Position numbers and translations under genes: made by a program | The notes under the pieces: generated by a model | Databases searched by the model: none | What the model was told of the DNA's origin: nothing | Seen by the model: the letters and a program-made list of their open reading frames with translations, nothing else | Part shown: positions 19,247 through 28,236 of the stretch, one piece after another | Layout: each line of letters begins with the position of its first letter | How positions within the stretch are numbered: position 1 is the first letter of the stretch | NCBI GenBank assembly: GCA_033763455.1 | Contig: JANRKO010000043.1 | Span: 96,001 to 160,000, forward strand | Length of the DNA: 64,000 bases | Source of the DNA: Polyangiaceae bacterium | GTDB lineage: Bacteria; Myxococcota_A; Polyangia; Polyangiales; Polyangiaceae | Direction: 5' to 3'

Positions 19247-20035
19247 ATGCGAAACGCCGCCAAAATCGCCGTGATTGTGCCGGCTTTCAACGAGGAGCGC
19301 CTCATCCGGCGGACGCTTTCTGGGATGCCTCCGTGGGTGGACGCGATTATTGTCGTAGACGATGCGAGTCAGGATCAGACGCGGCATCAGGTAGCCAAAG
19401 TCACTGACCGACGCGTGCAATTGGTAGTGCACGAACGCAACTTGGGCGTGGGGGCAGCAATCGCCACAGGGTACCGGCGAGCACTGCGGGAGAGCATGGA
19501 TGTGATGGTTGTCATGGCGGGCGACAACCAAATGGATCCGGATGACCTGGGGCTCGTAGTGGGGCCCATTTTGGATAAGCAAGCCGATTACGTGAAAGGT
19601 AATCGCTTCGTTCACCCCGAGGTTCGCCGTATGCCTTGGTTAAGGCGTCTGGGCGGGCGGTATTTGTCTGCGCTCACACGCCTCACCACTGGCCTTCCAG
19701 TTCATGATGCGCAGTGTGGCTACACGGCGCTTGGGCGGAGCATGTTGGAGCGTTTGCCGCTTGAAAGCCTATGGCCCAGCTTCGGGTACCCGAATGATCT
19801 TCTCGCGCTCTTGGCGGGGGCTGGGGCCAAGGTGGCGGAAGTGCCCGTGCGCCCGGTCTACGCTGAAGAACGGAGTGGGATCCGCGCTTGGCATGTTTTG
19901 ACAATCACGCGTGTGATTTTGAGCCGTTGGTTTGCAGCCCGTCGCCGCTCTTCACTTCACCGAAACGTGAACGTGCGTGCTCTCGTAATAAACCCAGTCG
20001 AAACCTGCGGTGACAGCGAGCCCCGCCAGGCGTGA
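19247..20035 (+). CDS. Glycosyltransferase family 2 (DPM-synthase-like)
   Basis: VIVPAFNEE, VVDDASQD, NLGVGAA, AGDNQMDP, GNRF, DAQCGY. Confidence 0.93.
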   Translation: MRNAAKIAVIVPAFNEERLIRRTLSGMPPWVDAIIVVDDASQDQTRHQVAKVTDRRVQLVVHERNLGVGAAIATGYRRALRESMDVMVVMAGDNQMDPDDLGLVVGPILDKQADYVKGNRFVHPEVRRMPWLRRLGGRYLSALTRLTTGLPVHDAQCGYTALGRSMLERLPLESLWPSFGYPNDLLALLAGAGAKVAEVPVRPVYAEERSGIRAWHVLTITRVILSRWFAARRRSSLHRNVNVRALVINPVETCGDSEPRQA

Positions 20036-20584
20036 AAGTTTGCTGTTGGAGACGTCGGAAGTGGTCACATCGGCGGCGCGTCCTGCATAGTGCAGGCTCC
20101 CCGTGCCGTGTTCCAATTGCTCGTCCCATGCCTCGGTGATACGCAGTTTGGTACCGGGCCACTCCTCGGCGACCTTCTCAGAAAGAAGGGCCAACTTCTC
20201 GCGCAAGCGCGGAGACATCACCAGATCGGCCCCCGTTCTTTCCTCGTCCTTGAAAACCCATGCCTCTCGATCGCCTCGCACCAAGCGCTTGAAGGATTCG
20301 GAACCGCGCTCGACTCGCTCCAGCAACGGCCCTGAGGCTTCTCTCTCGGACGTGGCTGGGAAAAATTGCCCAGGGAGCAAGCGGCGCTGCTGATCGCGAC
20401 GGGCCGAGAGGCTCGGACCATCACCCGAATCACAGCCGGCAGCACTCAGCCCAAAACTGGCCACAGACAGCGCAAGCAATCCCCATCCGCACAAAAGTTT
20501 CGGGCGTGGAATTGCTGGAAATACTCGCCAAAGAACGGGCATGGGTGCCAGACATCCTAGGCAGAGTGGGCCCAAGAGCGCCAA
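19952..20584 (-). CDS. Hedgehog N-terminal signalling-domain (Hh/Zn-peptidase fold) lipoprotein, no Hint domain
   Basis: FKDEERTGAD, WPGTKLRITEAWDE, SLHYAGRAADVTTSD, LAVTAGFDWVYYESTHVHVSVK are Hedgehog signature motifs. Hydrophobic signal ends in AAG-C. Alternative start ATG 20542. Confidence 0.95.
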   Translation of the reverse strand: MALLGPLCLGCLAPMPVLWRVFPAIPRPKLLCGWGLLALSVASFGLSAAGCDSGDGPSLSARRDQQRRLLPGQFFPATSEREASGPLLERVERGSESFKRLVRGDREAWVFKDEERTGADLVMSPRLREKLALLSEKVAEEWPGTKLRITEAWDEQLEHGTGSLHYAGRAADVTTSDVSNSKLSRLAGLAVTAGFDWVYYESTHVHVSVK

Positions 20585-20612
20585 GTTTTTGGGCCAAATT
20601 CTCAGCCGTTAC

Positions 20613-21755
20613 TTATCTGTTGGTTTGGGTCGCGGCCCCACCTTGACTCGGCGCCTCGGGTTCGCTGCCGATGTCAACGGGGCCGAGAGATTCAGGTGCC
20701 GCGGACTCTTGCCCTTCCTTGGCTCGGTTGGCCGAAGGGGCCTCTTGCACGTCGCGAGAATCCTCAGCGCGCAGTTGGTCCCAGCCATCGGCCGTCTGTG
20801 AGTCACATGCCACCTGTGCGTGGGGATTGTACTTTAGCAAATCAAAGACAATGGGACCAAAGCGACTCTCAGCTGAGATGCGCACAGGCACGTGGCGTGG
20901 ATCGTCCGAGAACCAAATCTGAAACTTGCGACGCTCCCGTGAGGGATCGGCACCCTGACCGACACGCACAGCATCCCCGTCCACACGTACCGCGGGGCGA
21001 GGGGCCCCATCTATCACCACCACATCCATGCCTCGAAAGACCATGTTTGCGCGCAGCAAGAATCTCCCAGAAACGACGTAAAAATAGCCCTGCTCACCCA
21101 CCTTCGGACGCCAGGAACGTAAGAGCAGTATAGCGCTCTGCAAGTCGTGCGCGGCGGCGCCGTCCGGAACGTCGATTGTGTCCTCACGGACTTCTGAGGT
21201 GTGCTTCTTGTTAACGTAGTGGAAAGCGCCTGGAGAAAAATCGAGATTATAAGATACCTCGGAGCCGCTGTCAGTCACGGCGAGCAAGCTCTTCTTGGGG
21301 GTCGCACTCTCCGCATCAACCGTGGTGCTGGCTTCGGCTTTGATGCTCTTTACCAATCGCAACAAGCCGCTCGTGCGCATACTAGTGGTGAGCTTCAAGC
21401 TGCCTTCACCGCTTGGGCAGTTGCCGACGTTGAACGCCTCAAGTTGCCCGACCGTCATGCCGAGCAAATCGAACCTCGCCAAGAGACGCTCCGAGCGCGT
21501 CAGCCGCAGGGTGTTTTGGTCGAACTGGATGAGCGTACTTTTGGGGTTTTGGACTGGCGCCGTGCTCTCCCAAGTCTGGCCAGCGCACCCGCACACTAGC
21601 GCCGCAAGGCCCAACACGTTGGCAAAAAGTCCCCGACGCACGATGGCCGAAGGGTGAGGCTTTTCGGGTGATTTGGCAATCTCGGGGTCGAGCCACGGCA
21701 GCCGGTCTGGAATCACGCTCGGTCCGCCCACGTCGGAATCGCCTTGTGGGCGCAT
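20613..21755 (-). CDS. DUF3108-like lipoprotein
   Basis: Lipobox-like LVCGC; HDLQSAILLLRSW; IWFSDDPRHVPVRISAESRFG. Start uncertain (track ORF extends to 21887). Confidence 0.75.
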   Translation of the reverse strand: MRPQGDSDVGGPSVIPDRLPWLDPEIAKSPEKPHPSAIVRRGLFANVLGLAALVCGCAGQTWESTAPVQNPKSTLIQFDQNTLRLTRSERLLARFDLLGMTVGQLEAFNVGNCPSGEGSLKLTTSMRTSGLLRLVKSIKAEASTTVDAESATPKKSLLAVTDSGSEVSYNLDFSPGAFHYVNKKHTSEVREDTIDVPDGAAAHDLQSAILLLRSWRPKVGEQGYFYVVSGRFLLRANMVFRGMDVVVIDGAPRPAVRVDGDAVRVGQGADPSRERRKFQIWFSDDPRHVPVRISAESRFGPIVFDLLKYNPHAQVACDSQTADGWDQLRAEDSRDVQEAPSANRAKEGQESAAPESLGPVDIGSEPEAPSQGGAATQTNR

Positions 21756-21774
21756 AAGAGCTACACTGCAATTT

Positions 21775-21948
21775 GTGCTCGCTAAGCTGTTGGCCGGGGC
21801 TTTCGGCCTCATTTTCGTTGGCAAGATGTTTTTCAAGCCACAGCTGAAAGCCGTGGGGCGCTGGTTAGAGGCTGCTGTAAACGCCATGTTGATCGCGATC
21901 GCCCTCGTTTGGACGGTTCAACTGTTGCTCTACTTTTTGCGCAGCTAA
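21775..21948 (+). CDS. Small (57 aa) two-helix membrane protein
   Basis: Two hydrophobic segments; GTG 21775 lies 7 nt after a TACACT -10-like box; fills an otherwise intergenic gap. Confidence 0.55.
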   Translation: MLAKLLAGAFGLIFVGKMFFKPQLKAVGRWLEAAVNAMLIAIALVWTVQLLLYFLRS

Positions 21949-22043
21949 ATTCCCCCCTAGGGCTCGCTCGGCGCCCGTTCACGGGGTTTTCTCGCCTTGG
22001 GTAATGCGGCGTGCTGGCCGTCCGTAAGGATCTTGAGAGATCC

Positions 22044-25000
22044 ATGGACGACCGCGGGAAATCCAAGAGCACGGGTCAGCCCGGCGAAGTCCCCAAGCTG
22101 AGTCGTGTGGAACCGCCAGCGCCCAAGACCAATCTTGGTCTGGGTCTGCCCCCCAAACTCGCCGCCGCATCCCTTTCGGGAGCCAAGGCGACGCCGACTT
22201 CGGCAGCTGGTGCCCCCCCGAAGCTGAGTGACTTGCTCAAGGGAAGTCCAAAGCCAGGTTCACCGCAGATGCAGAAGGCGAGTCGGGTCACCAGGCCTGT
22301 CGCTGAGCCGAAGCCAGTCGCGGAGGCGCCTAAGGTTACGGTCGGGCAAGCGAAGGTAATCGCGGAGGCGCCTAAGGTTGTGGTTGAAGCGCCTAAGAGA
22401 CATACTCAGGCTAACGCCTCACGCCCAGCCGCTTCCGTGTTTGGCAAACCGATCCCACCGCGTGCGCACTCCGTGCCCCCTAGGCCACAGACAGAGCCAG
22501 CCGTCCTCGCAGTGGGAAGCGATGACGCCATCTTGGTGGCGTTAAAAGCAGCTCTGGCACGTCACGGCGTGTTTGTCGAATCGGCCGAAGCGGGATCGGT
22601 GGTGGAAACGGTGATTGCTGCCGCACCTGACCTCATCCTGTTGCTTGGGGATGCCGCCAAAGACTGCGGGCGTGCAACGCTAGAGAAGCTCAGTGCTTCC
22701 CCGCAGAGTTCGGTCGTACCAGTGGCGATCATGGACGACAACATGGCGCTGGACGCCAGGCTGCAGGCGTTCCGTTACGGGGTTACGGCGGTAATACCCA
22801 GATCTGCAAGCATTGACGCGATCGCCGAGAAAGTTGCGCGCTTAGCCAAGGAGATCCCTTACCGCGGGACGGATAGCCCCGAGATGGTTGGTGAATCCAC
22901 GCTTGAAGAGTTCGTTGCTGCCCTGAGCTCGGAGCTCCGGACAGGGATCTTGAGCGTCGGCGGAGCGGAGACGCCCCCCGACCAGGCGATCCGTTTGGTA
23001 CTTGGCGGCGGTAAGCTTCTTGCGGAGTTTGTGGACGATTTTGTGAAGCGCGTTCGCACGCATGTGGTCTCGGCCGAGCCGCTTACGTACGAGTTCGACG
23101 AACGCGCTGGGGGAACGCTCGGACTGCTTGGGAGCGATTCGAAGGCTAAGCTGCCCGTGAGTGTCAAAGGCCTACGTCTGGCTTTGGCCGATAACGATGC
23201 GGCCCGCGCAGACACGGTGGCGCAGGAGTTGCGAAGCCACGGTGCGCAAGTTTTCGTTATCGATCTTTCTCCCAGCGAAGCGAGGCTTTCCAAGCTCAGG
23301 CAGCTAGATCCAGCGGTGCTTCTGATCGGAGAAAACCATCTAACGGGTGAAGGCCATGAGCTTGTCCGACGTATGCGCCGGGACGCGAGGTTGCGCTGGG
23401 CGTCATTGTTGGTGCTGCGTTGGGACGAGCTATTTGCCGATCCCCATGAAATGCCCATCGTAGAGAGGCTTTCGAGTTCCCTCGCGACGCTGGTGGAGCC
23501 GGAGCGGTCCTTGCTTGAACGTGCCAACAGCGGGTTGGGTTTTGATACGCGGTTGGAGACCACTGGCCCCGCTCGCTTGTTGCGTGGGCTGAAGGGTTGC
23601 TCGCAACTCCTGCGGCTAAATATTAACAATCCCCGTATCAACGTGGCGTTGGATGTTGCCGAGGGGCTCATCGTTGGAGCAAGCGCCGTCGTCATGAGTC
23701 CGGTTCCAGCTCAGCTTTCGGGGCCATTAGCCCTGGCCGCGTACTTAGTGCTGGGCTCGGGTCGGGTGCACGTAGAGCGAGCTGCTGCCGCCGCCGACGC
23801 AAACATCATGGCCACCATTGATGTGGCGTTGGACTTGGCGGAGGCGGAAACTCCGCCAATCTCGCCTTCGATTCCGGCGCCCGCGCGAGCCGTCGAACCG
23901 GTTGCAACCCCTTCGGTGCCCCCTCTGGGGAAGCTGCCGGTATTCGACGTCCCCGATCCGCCGCCCATGCCGGTATCTATGGCCGCGCCCGTGCGCGAAC
24001 GTCCACCACCGCCGAGTGCGCAGGCACAGGTTCCTTCCGTCATCGTGGCGAGCGCGGTCAACGTCGATCCTTCCCTCGACCAGGAATTTCGGCGCGAGAG
24101 TCCTGGTCGCAATCAGCGGAAACCGGAGGCGCGCATTGGCTGGCAAATGGGGGTTCTCTGGTCAGTTTTGGGGGTGGTGCAGTTAGCCTTGGCCGCGGGG
24201 GTCGTATTGGCAGTGGTGCGAGTAATGCGCGGTTCATCGCCTGCCGCCGCCGCGAGCGTCGCTGTCGTCGAAAAGGCCACCGTAGGTGCTGCTGTGCAAC
24301 CCCCGAAGGGTCCCGAGCCCACCGAAGTACAACCACAGCCCTCCGTCGCGTCGGCTGCGCTTGGGCAACCCCCGTCAAAGCAAGATCCCGAACCTCCTCC
24401 GCCCGCGCAAGTGGCGGAAGCGAAGTCGGAGCTCATGTTCCCAAGGGCCGTACAGGCTCCCACCTGCGAGTTTTTGCTTGAGCACGCCGAGGCGCCACGA
24501 GGCGGCTTTTCTAAGGATTCCAGTGTCGCGTTGGGTGAGGGGCACAAGGCGCTCGTGAAGGGCAATGTCGACGCGGCGCAGACGGCGTTCTGCCGGGCAG
24601 CCATGTTGGACGCCGCCAACCCCAGAGTGCAGCTTGCTCTTGCACAGCTGCTGATTCTGCGCGGCGACGGAACGCAAGGTGAGGCAGTAGCGAGTCGAGC
24701 GTTGGCGCTGCACGGCGAAACGGCCCGCGCCAAGGGGCTCCTCGGAGACGCTCTTATAATCCGCGGAGATCTTGATGGCGCACGCGCTGCCTGGTTGGAT
24801 GCTGCCGGCCTGACAGCAAGTGACGCGGCGGCCATTCAGAAGCTTACGGAGCGAGCGCTGTGGGAAGGGGAGGCATCCGTGCGCAACAAGGACTACGCTC
24901 GCTCGGAGCGCTTTTTCTGGCGTATGTTGGCCTTTTTTCGCGACGATCCAGATGCCAATCTTGGCATGGCCCGAACCTACCTCTACCGCGGCGACCTAGA

Positions 25001-25196
25001 GCGAGCCCTCAGCTGGGCACGGCGCAGCGTGCGGCTGAGCCCCGATGCCCCACGCGCCCGAGTTGTGCTCGGTGACGTACTTTTGCGTTCGGGCGACGCA
25101 AAAGCTGCAATCTTGGAGTGGCAAGCGGCACAAAGGATAGACCCCAAGAGCCTCGAAGCGAAGGCTCGCTTGGAGTCCGCAAACAAACTGAAGTAA
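22044..25196 (+). CDS. Large bitopic protein: Pro/Lys-rich N-terminus, two degenerate receiver domains, DUF4388-like region, TM, periplasmic TPRs
   Basis: REC-like VLAVGSDD..PDLILL and LALADND..PAVLLI; TM WSVLGVVQLALAAGVVLAVV; C-terminal TPR-like helices. Confidence 0.75.
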   Translation: MDDRGKSKSTGQPGEVPKLSRVEPPAPKTNLGLGLPPKLAAASLSGAKATPTSAAGAPPKLSDLLKGSPKPGSPQMQKASRVTRPVAEPKPVAEAPKVTVGQAKVIAEAPKVVVEAPKRHTQANASRPAASVFGKPIPPRAHSVPPRPQTEPAVLAVGSDDAILVALKAALARHGVFVESAEAGSVVETVIAAAPDLILLLGDAAKDCGRATLEKLSASPQSSVVPVAIMDDNMALDARLQAFRYGVTAVIPRSASIDAIAEKVARLAKEIPYRGTDSPEMVGESTLEEFVAALSSELRTGILSVGGAETPPDQAIRLVLGGGKLLAEFVDDFVKRVRTHVVSAEPLTYEFDERAGGTLGLLGSDSKAKLPVSVKGLRLALADNDAARADTVAQELRSHGAQVFVIDLSPSEARLSKLRQLDPAVLLIGENHLTGEGHELVRRMRRDARLRWASLLVLRWDELFADPHEMPIVERLSSSLATLVEPERSLLERANSGLGFDTRLETTGPARLLRGLKGCSQLLRLNINNPRINVALDVAEGLIVGASAVVMSPVPAQLSGPLALAAYLVLGSGRVHVERAAAAADANIMATIDVALDLAEAETPPISPSIPAPARAVEPVATPSVPPLGKLPVFDVPDPPPMPVSMAAPVRERPPPPSAQAQVPSVIVASAVNVDPSLDQEFRRESPGRNQRKPEARIGWQMGVLWSVLGVVQLALAAGVVLAVVRVMRGSSPAAAASVAVVEKATVGAAVQPPKGPEPTEVQPQPSVASAALGQPPSKQDPEPPPPAQVAEAKSELMFPRAVQAPTCEFLLEHAEAPRGGFSKDSSVALGEGHKALVKGNVDAAQTAFCRAAMLDAANPRVQLALAQLLILRGDGTQGEAVASRALALHGETARAKGLLGDALIIRGDLDGARAAWLDAAGLTASDAAAIQKLTERALWEGEASVRNKDYARSERFFWRMLAFFRDDPDANLGMARTYLYRGDLERALSWARRSVRLSPDAPRARVVLGDVLLRSGDAKAAILEWQAAQRIDPKSLEAKARLESANKLK

Positions 25197-25206
25197 GACC
25201 CGTGGC

Positions 25207-27729
25207 ATGAGCCACGAAAGTGTTGAGCGCATTACCTCCAAGGAGCGTTCTGGCGCAGGTGTTGAGGCAAAGATCTCCGAGCTTATCTCCAAGCTAACGC
25301 TGGAAGAGAAGCTCGGCTTAGTCCACGCCAACTCCAAGTTTACGATCGCCCCGATCCCGAGGTTCGGTATCCCAGAATTCACAATGTCCGACGGGCCTCA
25401 CGGGGTGCGCCGCGAGGTCGCCAGAGATAGCTGGGCTTTTGTGGAGGGGTGGGACGACCTTTGCACCTATCTGCCCACCGGCACTGCGCAAGCTGCTACC
25501 TGGAACCGGGAATGTTCGAAGAAGGCCGGAAGGGTGCTGGGTGCCGAGTCGCGTGCACGCGGCAAGGATGTCATCTTGGGGCCGGGATTCAACATGATCC
25601 GCTATCCTCTGTGTGGCCGAAATTTCGAGTATTACACTGAGGACCCGTATTTGGCAGCCGAGCTTGCGGTGCCAGCTGTGCAAGCTATTCAAGCGGAAGA
25701 TACAGCCGCTTGTGTTAAGCACTACGCCTGCAATAGCCAGGAGCTGAATCGCATGAAGGTGAACGCTCGCTTGGACGAGCGTGCGCTGCGAGAACTCTAT
25801 TTGCCAGCTTTTGAAGCTGCTACGAGCGTTGGTGGCAGCCTCACGGTGATGGGCGCCTACAATCAAGTACGCGGTCAGCAGGCGTGCCATCATAAGTACT
25901 TGGTGTGCGATGTGCTCAAGCGCGAATGGGGCTTTTCAGGCGCCTACATCTCCGATTGGGCGGGTGCTACCAATACCCATGAATCGGTGCACTGTGGGCT
26001 TGATATCGAAATGGGCACCTGGGCGGATTTCGAGGACTACTACCTAGCGAAGCCGTACCGGGACGGCATTGTTCGGGGCATCTATGGAACCTTGGAGCTT
26101 GACGACAAAGTGGCACGCGTGCTGCGCGTCATGTTTGCGGTGGGGCTGTTCGATCCTGCTCGCAAACCCGGCTCCAGAAATACGGAAGAGCATCAGCGCG
26201 TTGCGTACGAGATTGCGGCCGAAGCGGTAGTTCTGCTGAAGAACGAAGGAGAGCTTCTGCCATTTCCCAAGTCAATTCGAACGCTCGCAGTGATTGGCGA
26301 CAATGCTGACCGCCTGCACGCCGAAGGAGGTAATAGCTCCGGGGTCCGACCCGTTTATGAGGTGACGCCACTTGAAGGCCTAAGAAATCGCCTCGGGGAA
26401 TCGGTTGAGATCGTTCACTTGCGTGGCTATCCGGATGCGGGGTTTGCGTTTGAAAGTATTCCTTCGACGGCTCTTGTCTCGGCACATGCCGGCTCGGGTG
26501 TGAAGGGCTGGGAAAAGCTCGGCTATGCGAATGCGTCCCTCGAAGGCGCCCCCGTCTTGCAGGGCTTCGTGGATGACGTGCATGCCGTCTTCAGGGATGA
26601 AGAGCTACCGCAAGGTATGTTGGCGAGCCACATGAGCATGGCCTACACGGCTGAGATCCAAGTGTCGGAAGCCGGGGCTTATACGTTCGCTGCGTTAACC
26701 GACGGAGCTGTTCGTTTCTATGTGAACGATGCCTTGCTGTTCGAAACCGAGCAGGAAGAAAAGGAGCGTTCGCTTTCGGCACCCATCGAGCTTTTGGCCC
26801 AGGTTCCCTATAAGCTAAGGCTCGAATATCGTGCATTTGAGGCGGCCAGGAAGGTCCAGCTCGGGTGGCAGCCACCGGGGCAGAGCGCACGCCCGGTCGA
26901 CGGCGGGCTGGAAGCAGCAGTTGCTCTCGCCAAACGAGCTGATGCCGTCGTTATTTTTGGTGGCCTGAATCACTTTCATGACACGGAGGGCAAAGATCGC
27001 AGCGACTACGGCTTGCCCGGTGGGCAAGATCAGCTCATCTCGAAGGTTCTCGCGAGCAATCCCAACACTGCGGTCGTCTTGATCGCGGGCTCACCCGTGG
27101 CCATGCCGTGGCTGGCCGAGGCTCGGAGTGTGTTGTGGGGCTGGTACGGAGGGATGGAGATAGGTAACGTGCTAGCCGACATATTGTTCGGGGATGTGAA
27201 CCCCTCCGGCAAGCTTCCTTTCTCGATTCCGAAACGGCTGGCTGATAATCCGGTCACGGCACTCAATGATTACCGCGAAGACGCGTGCGACTATCCGGAA
27301 GGCGTGCTCATGGGTTACCGTTGGTACGACGCGCAAGGCATAGAACCCCTCTTCGCGTTCGGTCATGGCGAGAGCTTCACGACATTCGCTCTGAGTGATC
27401 TCAAGGTCTCCAAGCGTGGCGCGCACCAGGCCAAAGTAAGCGTATCGGTGACCAATTCGGGCAAGCGTGCGGGCGCTGAGGTGGTACAGCTCTACGTGGA
27501 AGACGTGGTGTCGACCGTGCGCAGGCCACCCCGAGAGCTGAAGGGCTTTCAGAAAGTTTGGCTGCAGCCGGGGGAAGTTAAAACGGTCGAATTTGAGCTC
27601 AATCATCGAGCTTTCGCGTTCTGGGACGATGCCGTGCCTGGCTGGAAGGTCGAGCCGGGCGAGTTTCGGGTCCACGTGGGCCAGAGCAGTCGAAAGCTGC
27701 CGCTCGTGGGCAGCCTAGTGTTGGACTAA
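25207..27729 (+). CDS. GH3 beta-glucosidase with PA14 insertion and Fn3-like C-terminus
   Basis: LTLEEK, SDGPHGVR, GRNFEYYTEDP, KHYACN, ISDW nucleophile, NPSGKLP, GAEVVQLY; no signal peptide. Confidence 0.95.
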   Translation: MSHESVERITSKERSGAGVEAKISELISKLTLEEKLGLVHANSKFTIAPIPRFGIPEFTMSDGPHGVRREVARDSWAFVEGWDDLCTYLPTGTAQAATWNRECSKKAGRVLGAESRARGKDVILGPGFNMIRYPLCGRNFEYYTEDPYLAAELAVPAVQAIQAEDTAACVKHYACNSQELNRMKVNARLDERALRELYLPAFEAATSVGGSLTVMGAYNQVRGQQACHHKYLVCDVLKREWGFSGAYISDWAGATNTHESVHCGLDIEMGTWADFEDYYLAKPYRDGIVRGIYGTLELDDKVARVLRVMFAVGLFDPARKPGSRNTEEHQRVAYEIAAEAVVLLKNEGELLPFPKSIRTLAVIGDNADRLHAEGGNSSGVRPVYEVTPLEGLRNRLGESVEIVHLRGYPDAGFAFESIPSTALVSAHAGSGVKGWEKLGYANASLEGAPVLQGFVDDVHAVFRDEELPQGMLASHMSMAYTAEIQVSEAGAYTFAALTDGAVRFYVNDALLFETEQEEKERSLSAPIELLAQVPYKLRLEYRAFEAARKVQLGWQPPGQSARPVDGGLEAAVALAKRADAVVIFGGLNHFHDTEGKDRSDYGLPGGQDQLISKVLASNPNTAVVLIAGSPVAMPWLAEARSVLWGWYGGMEIGNVLADILFGDVNPSGKLPFSIPKRLADNPVTALNDYREDACDYPEGVLMGYRWYDAQGIEPLFAFGHGESFTTFALSDLKVSKRGAHQAKVSVSVTNSGKRAGAEVVQLYVEDVVSTVRRPPRELKGFQKVWLQPGEVKTVEFELNHRAFAFWDDAVPGWKVEPGEFRVHVGQSSRKLPLVGSLVLD

Positions 27730-27798
27730 CCGTCGCCTGGGGGGGCCTTGCCAAGCTCTGGGTCTGGGCAGGTCGTGGGAAAGTGTTACCTTCTCCCG

Positions 27799-28236
27799 GT
27801 GTCCGCCGCCGAACCCCCTAGTGAGCCTTCACTCTTTGAGCAGCTAGGGGGAGAGCCCGAGCTGCGGCGGATCGTTACGCGCTTTGTGGATCGCGTGATG
27901 GGCGATGTGATGATTGGGTTTTTCTTTGCGCGGGTCGATCGCTCACGCCTTATCCAAAGGGAGCTTGAATTTTCAGCGCGTCACTTGGGAGCGGATATTC
28001 CCTACACTGGCCGTACCATGCCGGCCGCCCACGCGCCGCATCACATCATGGGGGCGCACTTCATGCGTCGACTACAGATCCTCAAGGAAACGCTGAAAGA
28101 GTTACAGGTTTCACCGCACATCGCTCAGCACTGGATCGATCACACCATGAAGCTTCTTCCTCAGATCACTACCCATCCTGCGTCCGAGTGCGCGGCACCG
28201 CTTCCGGCGGGTGAAGTTTCGGAGAAGGTGTTGTGA
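27799..28236 (+). CDS. Group I truncated hemoglobin
   Basis: SLFEQLGG, IGFFF, YTGRTMPAAH (proximal His). Confidence 0.88.
   Translation: MSAAEPPSEPSLFEQLGGEPELRRIVTRFVDRVMGDVMIGFFFARVDRSRLIQRELEFSARHLGADIPYTGRTMPAAHAPHHIMGAHFMRRLQILKETLKELQVSPHIAQHWIDHTMKLLPQITTHPASECAAPLPAGEVSEKVL

Noticed and set aside
19700..19951. Hint/Hog domain or Patched/HHAT-like partners downstream of hh
   Set aside because: hh stops at SVK, and the downstream DNA is the GT2 gene on the other strand; no RND-SSD or MBOAT gene in the window.
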